Below, in pieces: positions 26,730 through 40,144 of a DNA stretch of 64,000 bases; positions within the stretch are counted from its first letter, which is position 1; every line of letters begins with the position of its first letter. The stretch is from Octopus vulgaris. Taxonomy: Eukaryota. The translations under genes and the position numbers were made by a program. The notes beneath the pieces are model-generated. The model saw only the letters and a list, made by a program, of their open reading frames with translations, did no database searches and had not been told where the DNA came from. The stretch covers positions 6,572,001-6,636,000 of the forward strand of contig OX597842.1 of assembly GCA_951406725.2 (NCBI GenBank), read 5' to 3'.

Positions 26730-27697
26730 TCAGGAAGTCTGGTGCAGCTCTCTGGCTTTCTAACTCTTGTCAAACAATCCAATGTCCCAACAAAAAACAG
26801 ACGTTAAATGATGATGATGATGATGATAATATGCGTGAGTGTGAGTGTGAGTGTTCCCCACCTCTATTTGACAATTGGTGTTGGTGTGTTTACATCCATA
26901 TAGCTTAGTAGTTCAGCAAAATAGACTGAAAAACGACTATCAGGCTTAAAAAAATTTAGTACTGGGTTTCATTCATTTGATTTCAAAATTCTCAAGGTGA
27001 TGCCCCAGTATGGCCACATTCTAATGACTGAAACAAGTAATAGCTAAAGTTAATAATTTTTGATAATTCATAAGGAATTAATTTGTTAATTATTAAATTA
27101 TGAATCTTTAAGTTGGTTAAATGAATCATTTTGTTAAGTATTGCTAATTTGTTAATTATTAATAATTTGTTAATTAATATTTCTGCCTTTATTTTTATTT
27201 TTATTTTATTTTTATTTTTATTTTTAGTTTCTTTATTTTTTTAAATAGAAAAAACTGATTTTAAACCACTGCCAACAACAACAAATAATAAAACATTTCC
27301 CTAAACTGAAAAAAAAAAGAGAAAAAACCCCAGCAGAAAATATTGAATACCTGACAACTGACAACTCAACAAATAATGCAGAATTGATATAAGAACCAAC
27401 CTCACAATAGTGAAACAGTCATGACAACATCATCTACAGCTGACGACAGATACTTTTCATACTGCCAACATTTGCCAGAACAAGGGAGATAACAAACCGT
27501 GGAAATGATAGCAGAAATAACAGAGACAGCAACAGAAGCAACAACGACATAAACAACAGAAGCAGGAGTCGTTACAGCTCCAGAAACATAAAGAAGGAAA
27601 ACCACTTCGATGCAAGGTCACAATGGCACCAACCAGAGCAATAAAAAAGCAGATATCTGTCCTTTACCTCCCAGTCGAAAGAATCTTTTGTCTAAGA

Positions 27698-27823
27698 ATG
27701 AAAAAGAGGGAGTGTTTGCTTTTCATCATCGGTATATTTGTTGGTATGCAACTGACAAAGTCTGTTATGTATACATACGTTTATAACAAATGCTGGACTG
27801 TAGCCTCGGTTGCAGAACATTTA
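27698..27823 (+). CDS. CHSY1: Chondroitin sulfate synthase, coding exon 1 (type II membrane anchor)
   Basis: MKKRECLLFIIGIFVGMQLT: basic residues plus a hydrophobic anchor. Donor GTAAGT at 27824 is phase 0, matching the exon 2 acceptor. An in-frame upstream ATG at 27623 is an alternative start. Confidence 0.7.
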
Positions 27824-28241
27824 GTAAGTATTGAATTACTTCCCTTCTCTCTTCAGTGATTTCATTAGCATGGGATGAAGTTTATTTAAAATTTATCCTT
27901 TATCTTTCACTTTTTAATCTTTTTTCTTTGTATTTCATTTATATGTATGTACATGCACTAACCCTATCTGCTCAGGATTGTTATTGTTTGTGTGTGTATG
28001 TATGTGTGTGTGTATATGTATATATATATATAATTATATAAACATAATCAAATAGGGTAATAAAATAAATTATTATTACCAGTGGCCTAGCACAAAAGAC
28101 AAATTAGTCATTAGCCTATATATTTTTCATATAGAAATATAATAAAAGGCTTCCAAATAAGGAAGCGTAGTGCTAGAAACACAAAAAGGGATAAATTCAT
28201 GAAAGGAATGAAAATTAAAAACATTTACCATCTCAGCTATA

Positions 28242-28318
28242 TCCCCGACCGAACGGTTTCTACCTATTTTTAGCAAACACATAGAATATATTTGCCAGGC
28301 CAGGTTCTTCAGTGGGAA
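28242..28318 (-). ncRNA. Type I hammerhead ribozyme-like motif (imperfect)
   Basis: Minus: UCCCA-CUGAAGA-ACCU..long hairpin..AGGU-A-GAAA-CCGUUCG-GUC-GGGGA. Confidence 0.55.
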
Positions 28319-28439
28319 GCCTTCGTAATCCTAGATGCACAGACTGTTAGAAGCACATGTAGATCTAACGGTTTGTATATCCTAACTTTTCAAACCTCTG
28401 TGCAGACGCAAACCATATCCAGCGAACAGAGAGGATGCC

Positions 28440-28870
28440 GGTAAAAAATTTACGAACAAATTTATCAAGCAATATTTAAACATAATCTAAGTGTAATGAT
28501 AGCAGAGGTGGAATGTCTGAATACATGCTGGTAGATCCATTAGAATAAAAAAATGGACAGATTTTTGCAAATGCAGATATGAACTGCAAAAGCAGAAATT
28601 TGATCTACTGCATTAAATGCCCGAAATGTGAGGAATTATATATAGGCGAGACAGGGAGTGCATAATCGGAACGCTCACAAGTTCACAGACAACAAATCCA
28701 GAACACCAATGTTTGCCAAATTCCATTGAGCGAATGTATAGAGACATGTGGTCAGAAAACGTTTCTAATTTTTCCTTTCCACAAACTACATGACACAAGT
28801 GAGGTTGGAAGAAAGATAAAAGAAAAACGGTTTATTAAAATGTTCAAACCTGTTCTGAACGGAAATAACA
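28440..28870 (+). mobile_element. Penelope-like element GIY-YIG remnant
   Basis: SRNLIYCIKCPKCEELYIGETG ... HRQQI ... KEKRFIKMFKPVLN, a PLE endonuclease signature with stops. Confidence 0.8.
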
Positions 28871-29157
28871 GCAATTATATAACAGCCAGTTATTGAGGTG
28901 GATTAATAAATATCTCTAACATATGAATTTAAACAAATTACAGAATATCAGTGTGTCAAACAAACCATGATGTTTAAGCTGCATGCAGATTGGTCAAAAC
29001 CATATTAAAAAAATTCAGCTTGTTGGTGCGTTTTAAGACATACCACAGTTGTCAAGAACTCAACTACCAAAAACATTTGAAATCTGATGATTATTCTATG
29101 CCTGGAAGCACTAATTTAACTTCATGGGCATTACAAAATATTTTTTAATGTTAAAAT

Positions 29158-29377
29158 ACTCTTTTACTCTTTTACTTGTTTTAGTCATTTGACTGTGGCC
29201 ATGCTGGAGCACCACCTTTGATCGAGCAACTTGACCCTGGGACTTATTCATTTGTAAGCCCAGTACTTATTCTATCGGTCTCTTTTGCCGAACCGCTAAG
29301 TAACGGGGACATAAACACACCAGCATCGGTTGTCAAGCAATACTAGGGAGACAAACACAGACACACAAACATACACA

Positions 29378-29429
<52 letters not shown>

Positions 29430-29582
29430 TACGACGGGCTTCTTTCAGTTTCCATCTACCAAATCCACTGACAAGGCCCGAGGCTATAGTAGAAGACACT
29501 TGCCGAAGGTGTCACACAGTGGGACTGAACCCGGAACCATGTGGTTGGTAAACAAGCTACTTAACACACAGCCACTCCTGCG
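29158..29582 (-). mobile_element. SINE family A
   Basis: Family consensus match. Confidence 0.88.
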
Positions 29583-29690
29583 ACTATAATAAAAATATTA
29601 TAATATACCATAATAAAAACATGAAAACTAGACTATGTTTTAACTTTATTCAACTGATATATTATTCTATATACAGTCACACAAAATCGA

Positions 29691-29735
<45 letters not shown>

Positions 29736-30618
29736 AATATATATATACATAAATATTGAATAATGAGAATAAAGAGAAATATTCTCTATTTGTGCATTTT
29801 TGTATTAAGGCTACCATTGGTTTCATGTTAAGGAAGACTTCAATAATTGTCAAGCCTGTCATATGAAACATCAGTGTTCATCTCCATTCTGGATATATAT
29901 ATATATATATAATACTAAAACTCAAAGTTTGTCTGTTTTCCTGCCATTTGATGAAGATGATAAAGATTACATATAAAATAGTCATTCCCCCCTTTAAGAA
30001 AAAAAGAACCAAGTTGAAAATGTCAACACTTCAACTACCATCGTCCGTCCTTTCTTTTTTCTTTCTTTCTTCTTCCCTTAATCATTTATACAACTTTCAG
30101 AGCCTCGTGGACTTGAAAGATAGAAATACTCCCTATGATTTAAAATAAAATATTAATCTGTATCATCCTAATCAAAAGACAGAAAGACAGAGAGACTATG
30201 TCTTTATAGACAAAGATAATTTGCAATGGGAGGAGCTGAATCTCATAAGAATGGAAAAAAGAAATGGGTTGTGCCTTACAATGAAATTCTTTTAAGAACA
30301 TTCTCATTACATTAAAGCACTATACTGACCTTCTAAGCTGGAGGTCAGAGATATTTATGAGATGTATACATCTTAAAAAGTTTCTCCTGTCAAATCGGAG
30401 AACACCACCTCACTGGATCAGATGCACATTAACCTTTATCCTATTCAGCTACTCCTGCTAGTTGTAGACTTTTGACATCTTCTAGATCACCTTTGTTCCA
30501 AAAATAATGTGAAAATAAAATATTAAGGGAAAGGGAATAATATATTCTCATCATTAACAATATTCTTCCTCTATAGGTAAGATTTTTTTGGCACCCCCAA
30601 CCCTTACAATTTGTTTAA

Positions 30619-31090
30619 CCCTTTCGTTACCAACCCGGCTGAAACTGGCTCTGGCTCTGAGTACAAATGTCTTGTTTTCATAAGTTTTGAATTAAAATCT
30701 TCCACCAAACTTTAGTCACAATTTATGTTCTTAACACTAGCTGCATGATAACTAAGTGATTTTACTAAATTCTTTGTTATATTTAAAGTAATGGAAAGAA
30801 ACACAGAGCATCTCAAAATAAATATGGTAATGAAAGGGTTAAGATATACAATAGAGAAACAATTCTTAACCCTTTTGATACCAACCCTGCTGAAACCGGT
30901 TCTGGCTCTTTAGTACAAATGTCTTGTTTAAATAAGTTTTGAATTAAATTCTTCCACCAAACCTTGGTCACAATTTATGTTCCTAACACTAGCTCAATGA
31001 TAACTAAGTTGTTTCACTAAATTCTGTATTATATTCAAAATAATTGAAAGAAACACAGAGCATCTTAAAATAAATACGGTAATGAAAGGG
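30619..31090. mobile_element. Two adjacent piggyBac-type MITEs (30619-30838, 30870-31090)
   Basis: Each is bounded by TTAA-CCCTTT ... AAAGGG-TTAA and matches 859-1069 in reverse. Confidence 0.85.
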
Positions 31091-31154
31091 TTAAAGAGCT
31101 ATACCTAGCATCCAAGAATGGAATTATCCCCCTTCCCCTCAGAACATTTTTTTG

Positions 31155-34100
31155 CGAAGGAATAAGGAGTACATTATGCCGCTTTCTCATCAGGAAAACC
31201 AAGGAACTTATGTCAACATCAAAATGCACAAAAAACTTTTAGATGATTGTTCACACGGAGCCCATAGCGTTAATGAGTGTCTCTTAAAAATATTCCTTTA
31301 TAAGGAGTGACGTCAAAATGGTTGGATGTAGAAGATTCTAGAAGGTTCTAAAGGTTCAAGGGTTCAAACGAAGTTGGAGGAGAGAGGCATAAGAATAGGA
31401 AGGTGAAAGGGTGCAGGTCATATGAATGGTGAATTTTGTTAATTTCTTTTGTGAATGAGTGCCTGTGTGTGTGACTGTATATAACTGCATTTGTGTGTGT
31501 GTGTGCGTGATTGTGTATGTAGATGGGTAGATGTCAGAAAACAGACAGTGGTGAGGTGAGAGGTTTGTGTCTGTGTGTTTGATTGTGTTTACTATAGATA
31601 GAGGGAAATAGAGAGAGAAAGAGGAGGGCGAGGTAGAGGGACAAAGGCAACACATACTCACTGGATTGGGTAGTATTTATATGAAAGTATAAAAAAAAAA
31701 GTTTTTATGACTATGGGGGTGAAATATATAAAAAAAGAAGTTATGTTAATTAAAATTCAAGGGGTTATCTATATTAATCATTATTCATATGAGTGAAAAG
31801 TGTGTTTTTGCCAGTGCATGCACCTGTAGGACCTCTCGACGATTGTATTTATTAAAGGGACTTTGGCAAACAAAATATGAAAAAGTTCGGAATTACAGAT
31901 GCCACAAAGTTTTCTGCCCTTATCAAATGGAAAGGACACTGACAATATGGACCATTCCAGCTTGAAAGTTATATTGGTGTCCTTCACACGCCAAACTAAT
32001 TTACTTAGTCCCGTGCTGTGTCGTTTTCTCTTATCTCGGAAAGTTGTATAATGATTGGAGATCCTTTGGGATAATTTAGAAGTTGCTCCAATGTAGAAGA
32101 CATCGGTTCCAGAAGAAATTTTGCACTGGTAAATGGTGTTTCTAATTTTGGAATTTTGGGATAAGAACTTTAATCTGCTGGGGTTAACTTCCGATACTAA
32201 AACAGAGTTTTTATTGTTATGATATGTGTAAACATTGTTGCTAGCATTGGCCACGATACTATTCATCTTATTATCATTACCATTAATTGTAATATCGTCG
32301 GCAATTTCTCTGACTATAGGAATGTTGTGATTGTTATCATCAATAATACAACTGTTATTAGAAATGTTGTTACTATTACCACTAACACCACCACTGTTAA
32401 TAATCCGGCTAATGCTATTATCATTATTACTATTGTTAACGCCAATGCTGCTATGAATGTTGCTAATATCAATACTATTTTTATTATTATTATTATTGTA
32501 TGTTAGGTTGGAATTGGTAAGGGCAGTGTCGCTACTCCTGGGTGATGAGTCCTTATTTAGCAGCTTATTATTATGGGAGGCAATTATCTGCGATAGATTT
32601 CTAGTGTTGGAGAATGCAATCCTCACCTTATGCGAATTGATGGTAGAGTAATACCTAGAATTCCTGGGGAAGTTCCTAGCTACGGCTTCACGGAACTGTA
32701 AAGGGAGATTAGACCTGATTTGTTTCCCGAAAGGAATGACAAACCAGATATAGTTTTTTTTTGGACTTAGAATGGCTCAGAGTGTTAACATTTACATTAA
32801 AGGGAGTATTTCTGTGTTGTAGAATTGGTGTTGGTTTTCGATTGCCTCCCCTGGTCCATAAATTATTTTTGTTAATTATATTAGTGTCGACGTTGCTAGA
32901 GCTGAAATCATTAATTACATTATTTCTATTGTTATTAGTTTTCTTATCCTGAGAAGCAAATATTAGTTTAGAATGGGCCGGGTCAATATATGATACCTTA
33001 TAAAATTCCGCTTTTTGTTTAAAAATGTCGACATTCGCAGATAAGTTTGATAGTCTTAAGGATATATTTTTAACTAAATTATCGGTGATAGTTTTTGCAT
33101 GGTTACTGAAAATGCTGACATATTTAAGGTTAGTAGAAGGCTTATGGTAAGGGAAGTAAGAATTGTTATGCAGATTTAGGGTAACATCTAAGAAGTTGGC
33201 TTTAGTTAGTTCGTCGTCGAAAACTATGCTGAAAAATCTAGCTAATCTGTTTTTAGTCTTCTGTATCATACTGTTCGGAGCATTCTGTAGGTAAAATAGA
33301 CAATCGTCTTGATACAGACCGCCGCAGATGTCCGGGAATTAGTCAGCTAATTCATAGAGAATATAGATTCCGACCAAATCGGCTATCTGGGCGCTGTCTG
33401 AGCTTCCCATTGGCACATCGAACGCGTTGGGGGTATCCTTACGGACCCATAACTTATCGAACTGTATGAAGGATTTTCTAGCCGCTAAAATTATATTAAT
33501 TTCCTGCCTTATTATGTGCGTGCCATAGGGCCTTATTGAGTACACTAGGGTTGATCGAAGGGTAGAAACTAGAAATATCGAATTGAATGAATTTTGTGCT
33601 GTTTTTATTAGAAATAGAAGAAAACCACTCTACGACTTGAGTGGAGTTAGACCAGGCACTCATTCACAAAAGAAATTAACAAAATTCACCATTCATATGA
33701 TCTGCACCCTTTCACCTTCCTATTCTTATGCCTCTCTCCTCCAACTTCGTTTGAACCCTTGAACCTTTAGAACCTTCTAGAATCTTCTACATCCAACCAT
33801 TTTGACGTCACTCCTTATAAAGGAATATTTTTAAGAGACACTCATTATCGCTATGGGCTCCGTGTGAGCAATCATCTAAAAGTTTTTTGTGCATTTTGAT
33901 GTTGACATAAGTTCCTTGGTTTTCCTGATGAGAAAGCGGCATAATGTACTCCTTATTCCTTCACAATTAGGAATATGCAGCCTTCGAAACATATGTCGAA
34001 AATAAAGGAATTTTGTTAATTCGTCGTTCAGCTCCATTCTTACATATATTTATATTTTTAAAATAAACGTACAAATTTCCACACGAAAGCACGTAATCTA

Positions 34101-34190
34101 TGCCCCAGGCACGTAACTTCAACCGTGTTTTTTCTCATGTGAATTTGCTACCCAGGTTAATTCGAATTATCCTTAATAAGATAATTCATT
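31155..34190 (-). mobile_element. Penelope-clade PLE with inverted pseudo-LTRs
   Basis: Minus-strand RT (FDVPMGSSDSAQIADLVG, GLYQDD, FLDVTLNL, YHKP), Asn-rich linker and GIY-YIG (IYQC..FYIGAT, CGICNSE); 31155-31465 is the reverse complement of 33653-33962. Confidence 0.92.
33912..34010 (+). ncRNA. Minimal type I hammerhead ribozyme
   Basis: UUCCUUGGUUUUC-CUGAUGA(33925)-GAAAGCGGCAUA..UAUGCAGCCUUC-GAAA(33986)-CAUAUG-UC-GAAAAUAAAGGAA: complete core, all three stems pair, GUC cleavage triplet ends at 33997. Confidence 0.85.
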
Positions 34191-34198
34191 CAACTACT

Positions 34199-34240
<42 letters not shown>

Positions 34241-34242
<2 letters not shown>

Positions 34243-34653
34243 CGCAGGAGTGGCTGTGTGGTAAGTAGCTTGCTAACCAACCACATGGTTCCAGGTTAAG
34301 TCCCACTGCGTGGCATCTTGGGCAAGTGTCTTCTGCTATAGCCCCGGGCTGACCAATGCCTTGCGAGTGGATTTGGTAGAAGGAAACTGAAAGAAGCCTG
34401 TCGTATATATGTATATATATATATGTATGTGTGTGTGTTTGTGTGTCTGTGTTTGTCACCCTAGCATTGCTTGACAACTGATGCTGGTGTGATAACGTCT
34501 CCGTCACTTAGCGGTTCGGCAAATGTGACCGATAGAATAAGTACTAGGCTTACAAAGAATAAGTCCTGGAGTCGATTTGCTCGACTAAAGGCAGTGCTCC
34601 AGCATGGCCACAGTCAAATGACTGAAACAAGTAAAAGAGTAAAGAGTAAAGAG
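34241..34653 (+). mobile_element. SINE family A, full length
   Basis: Family consensus match within (TA)n. Confidence 0.9.
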
Positions 34654-34764
34654 TAATATATATATATATATATATATAGGTTATAAAATGAGATAGGGGT
34701 TGAAAATTCATTCGATCTTGAAAGGATGGACTTGGTGCTAACTTAACTGTATCTATTTTTATTA

Positions 34765-34813
<49 letters not shown>

Positions 34814-35144
34814 ATTAATAGTAATTTTTATTAACTTTTATAGCTTTAGAATTTTATGAACTGTACCATGGTTTTAATTATTATTTTTCATCTCCATATG
34901 TGTTAGCCTTTTTTTTATAAAAAAAACTATTAGCCAAATATGTATAATATCGGTACTTATTAATATTAATATATACACTGTTATATATTTTGTTTTATTT
35001 TGTTCTGTTTACCTTCCTTTTTTGTACAAATGTGTATTATATTATATAAGTGTAGCATTATGATGTATAAGTTTTTATATTTTACATTTTTATATTTTTA
35101 TATTTATATGTATATGATTATATAATATTTTTCACTATTATAAC

Positions 35145-35282
35145 AAATTTAATTTAATTCTCTGAAGAGGCCGTGGGGCATCCTTGTTAATGCCTCATTT
35201 ATACCTGCCTTTATGGCTTATAGGTTAAATGAGGTATGACTGCCCTCACTGCCGAAACAGCTGTCAGTTTTTGATTTATTTG
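35145..35282 (+). ncRNA. Minimal type I hammerhead ribozyme with long stem II
   Basis: CU-CUGAAGA(35162)-GGCCGUGGGGCA..UGCCCUCACUGCC-GAAA(35254)-CAGCUG-UC-AG; GUC ends at 35265; lies in an AT-rich non-coding insert 34678-35465 between (TA)n tracts. Confidence 0.8.
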
Positions 35283-35496
35283 CATATTATATTTGAAATT
35301 TTTTACTTATATCTCTTTATCTTTTTACTATTACTGTATATCTCATTTCATTTTATATATTGCCTTTACTCATATGTAATGGTGTATTAAAGTATGGATT
35401 GAGTATCATCGGATAGTTGATGTTTTACTGATTTAAGTATGTTTCTCCATTCTCTAATTTTGTAGTATATATATATATATATATATATATATGTGG

Positions 35497-35770
35497 AGGC
35501 GCAATGGCCCAGTGGTTAGGGCACTGGACTCGCGGTTGTAGGATCGCTGTTTCGATTCCCAGACTGGGCGTTGTGAGTGTTTTTTGAGCGAAAACACCTA
35601 AAAGCTCCACGAGGTCATCCCTGCTGTACTCTTTCACCACTCTTTCTCTTACTCTTTCTTCTGTTGGCTTGCTCGCTTAGCCAGCGGGGTGGCGTCATTC
35701 GGAGGCTAAAACAGTGTGAACGCATTGTGACCAGCGATGTGTGACAACATCTGATGTCTGGTCGGTCATG

Positions 35771-35772
<2 letters not shown>
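35497..35772 (+). mobile_element. tRNA-derived SINE family C
   Basis: GGCGCAATGGCCCAGTGGTTAGGGC (A box) and GTTTCGATTCC (B box), flanked by (TA)n. Confidence 0.7.
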
Positions 35773-35818
<46 letters not shown>

Positions 35819-35988
35819 GCGTAGTAAAAATAAAAATATAGCAGTGTAACACAATTGGATATACCAATTTTACATATTAAAAACATTCCTGCCAACTGGT
35901 AATGTACATATTGATTGTTGGTAAGAACACTGTTTTACGTTATGCGACCATAATATATTACGAAATATATAAAAACTCTTCATAAGTC

Positions 35989-36123
35989 AATACTGTGTCC
36001 TACCTGTGTTAGCAGTGCAATTTGGTCACTTTTTAAAGTTATCTCTGCAGATTTACTATAGAAATTAGAGCTAGCACAGAAAGGGGTTGATTCACACTGC
36101 TAACACAGGTAGGACACAGTATT
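35989..36123. repeat. Small inverted repeat / MITE-like
   Basis: AATACTGTGTCCTACCTGTGTTAGCAGTG ... CACTGCTAACACAGGTAGGACACAGTATT. Confidence 0.6.
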
Positions 36124-36151
36124 AACCTATAAAGCCTTTAATATATTTGGT

Positions 36152-36351
36152 ACTCTTTTACTCTTGTTTCAGTCATTTGACTGCGGCCATGCTGGAGCAC
36201 CGCCTTTAGTTGAGCAAATCGACCCCGGGACTTATTCTTTGTAAGCCCAGTACTTATTCTATCGGTCTCTTTTGCCGAACCACTAAGTGACGGGGACGTA
36301 AACACACCAGCATCGGTTGTCAAACAATGCTAGGGGGACAAACACAGACAC

Positions 36352-36417
<66 letters not shown>

Positions 36418-36579
36418 GACAGGCTTCTTTCAGTTTCTGTCCACCAAATCCACTCCCAAGGCTTTGGTCGGCCCGGGGCTATAGCAGAAGACACTTGTCC
36501 AAGATGCCACGCAGTGGGACTGAACCCGGAACCATGTGGTTGGTTAGCAAGCTACTTACCACACAGCCACTCCTGCGCC
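36152..36579 (-). mobile_element. SINE family A, full length
   Basis: Reverse-complement consensus match. Confidence 0.9.
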
Positions 36580-36719
36580 TATAGTAGTATATTGTGGTTG
36601 CATAACGATGCAAGATGTTCTTGCCAGCAATCAATTTATATTCTAGGTCAGGTTACTGTAACAGCATAATAATCCCAGTCAAGTATTCAATATGTCTTCT
36701 TTTGTTGTTTTTTTTTCAG

Positions 36720-37209
36720 GTCAGTCCGAAATTGCCGCCACAACGTTTCATAGAAGAACTTGAAGATTTCCGATTCAACCCAGGTCCCCAGAAGAAACTT
36801 GTTCTGGTTGGAATCATGACACATTCCAAATATTTCCAAACCCGAGACAGGGCAATTCAAATGACCTGGTTGAAATCCATTCCAGGTGATGTGATCTTCT
36901 TTGTGGGTAACAGTACAGATCTGGCTCCTGCTGGGATGCCAGTCGTGCGGCTGAATCAAGCACCAGACCATGTCTACCCACCACGCCTCAAAATGTTCGA
37001 AATGCTGGAATATATGTACAAAAATCTTGCAGATAAATATGAATATTTCATCCGTGCTGACGATGATGTGTTTATAAAAGGCCAAGAACTGGGAAGTTTG
37101 CTAAGCTCCCTCGACAGTAGAGAGAAAATCTACATGGGCCACCGTGGTCAAGGAGTGCCAGAGGAGAAGGGGAAATTGGGAATGGGAAAAGATTATTTCT
37201 TCTGCATAG
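36720..37209 (+). CDS. CHSY1: Chondroitin sulfate synthase, exon 2 (GT31/fringe-like domain)
   Basis: Polypyrimidine-CAG acceptor; LVGIMT, TW, YPP, YFIRADDDVFI (DxD), YMG..GQG; GT donor at 37210 in phase 1. Confidence 0.93.
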
Positions 37210-37947
37210 GTAAATTGTTGTTGTTGTTGTTGTGGTGGTGGTTTTGCTGTTAGTGGTTGTGGTGATGGTGATATATATTGTGGAGGAGGCTTGGGATGGG
37301 ATGGGATGGTGCTGATGATAAGGATGGCGTAGCGGTGTGATGGTTGTTGTAATTGTGGGTGGTGTTAGTGAGAATTTTGCTGCTGCCAGTTTTCTGTGCA
37401 TGCGCATGAGGGAACGTCCGGCAGGCCTTCCGGAAGACTCCAACCCTGCACATGCGTGCTGGAGATTTCCAATATGGCGTCACTACAAATGTTTTCATTG
37501 TCATCAAGGAATCCCATGTTGACTTGAATCTCCTGTGAGTTACCATCAAATCCCCTGATGACAATGTAAGCTTCATTTGACTAAAGTATCTTTGGCCAGA
37601 TGAGTAGCTAGCAGATTACTCCTCATTTGAGTGATTACTACTTCTGAGGTTCTGCTGGCTATGAAACATGTAGCCTGGATTTTATTTGCTCCGTTCCCTA
37701 ATTTTGGTTTTTCTTTATTCATATGCAAAGCAGCCCCAGTTGCTAACTGTAAGCCATAAAACAAATTTTTCAGCTATAAAACATTTTTTTTTTTTTTGAT
37801 TTGGGAAAAATGTACAACTTTCTATGTCACTAAATCACTATTGTTCCTGAAAGTTGTTTTTTATATTTTTTTATGGATTGCTCAAAGCTTCACAACTTCC
37901 TACTCCTGGTTCCTTGGATCCTACCTTTACATTTATATCTATATATA

Positions 37948-39194
37948 CAGGGTGCATAAAGTATTTGTGGACATACTTTTTTGGGTCATTGCTGCATATT
38001 TTGCTAACTCTGTAAAATCTTTGTTTCAGAAAATAATAATGGCAGACTCTCAACTTACTCAAGAAATGAAGAGGCATCCTGTTTTTGTGGTTGTAAAGGC
38101 TGAGCATAGTGATTTAGAAATATCTCGATTTTTAAACATTGCCATATCTTTTGTCTACAAAGTTTGTAAGGAGCCAAAGACTGAAGATGGAAATGTATCC
38201 CCAATATCAAAGCATAAAAACCATTCTAAACGCTCTGAAATCATCAGAACACTTGAATTTATCCAGCAAGTTCAACATACCATTGATTAAAATGCTAGAG
38301 ATTCCATGAGGTCAATTGCAAAAAGATCTTTCATGTGTCGGAAGGAACAGTCAGAAATATTGTTCTTGAAGACATCAGATATAAGTCTTATATGATGAGG
38401 AAAGGTCAGTTTGTCAGAGAAAGCTAAAGAAAATCACTACATCAGATCTAAAAGGCTCTTAAACAAACTGAAAAAGCCAGCAGAAGAAAATTTGATTTGG
38501 TTTTTCTTAAATGAGAAAAACTTTGACCAAGATTAAAAAGTTAATGGAAGAAATGATAGATGGTTATGTGCAAACCCTTCTGAAGTTTCAAGTGTTATGC
38601 ATATAAAGTTTCCTGTAACTGTCATGGTTTTAGGGGTTGTCAGCAATGAAAGACATGTGATGCTTCCTTACTTCTTTCCACAATGCCTTAGAGTTAACTC
38701 TGCCGCCTACATTGAGGTCCTGGAAATAATTGTTAAGCCCTGAGTAGACAGTGTATGTAATGGAAGACCATATGTATTTCAGTAAGACTCTGCACTATCA
38801 CACATGGCTCCAGTAACAAAGGAATGGATGACCTGGAAATTTTCATGATCACATAACCCCTAACTCCTAATTCCCCAGATCTCAACCCATTGGACTATTA
38901 TATGTGGAGCATTGTTGAGAGAGAGCTCAATGAATACACCTATAACACCAAAGATTCTTTGAAAGCTGCCATAGTCAAACTAATGTCCAAAATGTGACCA
39001 GGACTACTTGGTTCGAGCATGTAGATGATTTAGATCTCATATAGAAGCAGTTGTTGAAGCTGAAGGTGGCTTTATTGAATAACATTATAGAAAAGAAGGT
39101 TTATTTTTATCCTCATAGCATATTTTGATAAATAAAGTTATTATCTATTATTATATATGTTTTTTTTTATAAACATAAATCTATCTTACGCACC

Positions 39195-39197
<3 letters not shown>
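37948..39197 (+). mobile_element. Tc1/mariner (DD37D maT-like) element, decayed
   Basis: TA-CAGGGTGC ... GCACCCTG-TA termini; HTH region ORF 38039-38290 and degenerate FQxDSA / PNSPDLNPLDY motifs. Confidence 0.85.
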
Positions 39198-39246
<49 letters not shown>

Positions 39247-39429
39247 TGAGAAAAAGGAGGCGGTCAAAATTTTGGATAATTTTTTATTAGTACTTTGTTT
39301 ATTTATTGAACTCATCAAGACAAAATCAAAATCAAAATTATATGAATCAGATGCTTTTTGCTTTGTTTAGAAGAGGAGAAAAATATTTTTGTTTTTTTTT
39401 TGGTAAAAGGGAAAGGAAACCAAAGAGTG

Positions 39430-39611
<182 letters not shown>

Positions 39612-39825
39612 AGTTTCTTTTCTTGAGAAGAAACCTCTTTCTCTGTCTATTTCCCACTCTTTCAGTCTCTGTCTACCAAATCCACTCACAAGGCTATGGT
39701 AGAAAAAACTTGCCCAAGGTGCCATGATGTGGGATTGAACCTGAAACCATGTGGTTGGGAAACAAGCTTCTTACCAAACAGTTCGCCTGCAACTACACAC
39801 ATTTTTCCTCCCCTTTATTTTACAG

Positions 39826-39980
39826 GTGGCCCCGGTATTATACTCAGTCACAAAGCACTGAAGATGTTGGGCCCACATCTGGATGCTTGTACATTGCACC
39901 CAGTCAAACCCCATGATGACACGGAGCTGGGAAGGTGCATGGAAAAGTACCTGAATGTTCAGTGCAAATCAAACCCAAAG
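39826..39980 (+). CDS. CHSY1: Chondroitin sulfate synthase, exon 3
   Basis: TTTACAG acceptor; joins exon 2 to give FCIGGPGIILS, then HDDTELGRC (CHSY motif HEDVEVGRC); GT donor at 39981 in phase 0. Confidence 0.93.
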
Positions 39981-40144
39981 GTAAAATATGAACAATTTTA
40001 AACACAATAATTCTACCAACTTTTTTATATGAACGGGTTAGCACATTTATTGTGAATATGAGAGGTGTGGGTTCGATTCCCATGAGTACTAATCTTAAGC
40101 TAAATCTTTTAACATTTCATTGAATACACCTGAAACATAGCATA

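Noticed and set aside
35497-35570. tRNA gene
   Set aside because: A/B boxes are present but there is no full cloverleaf; it continues into a SINE body
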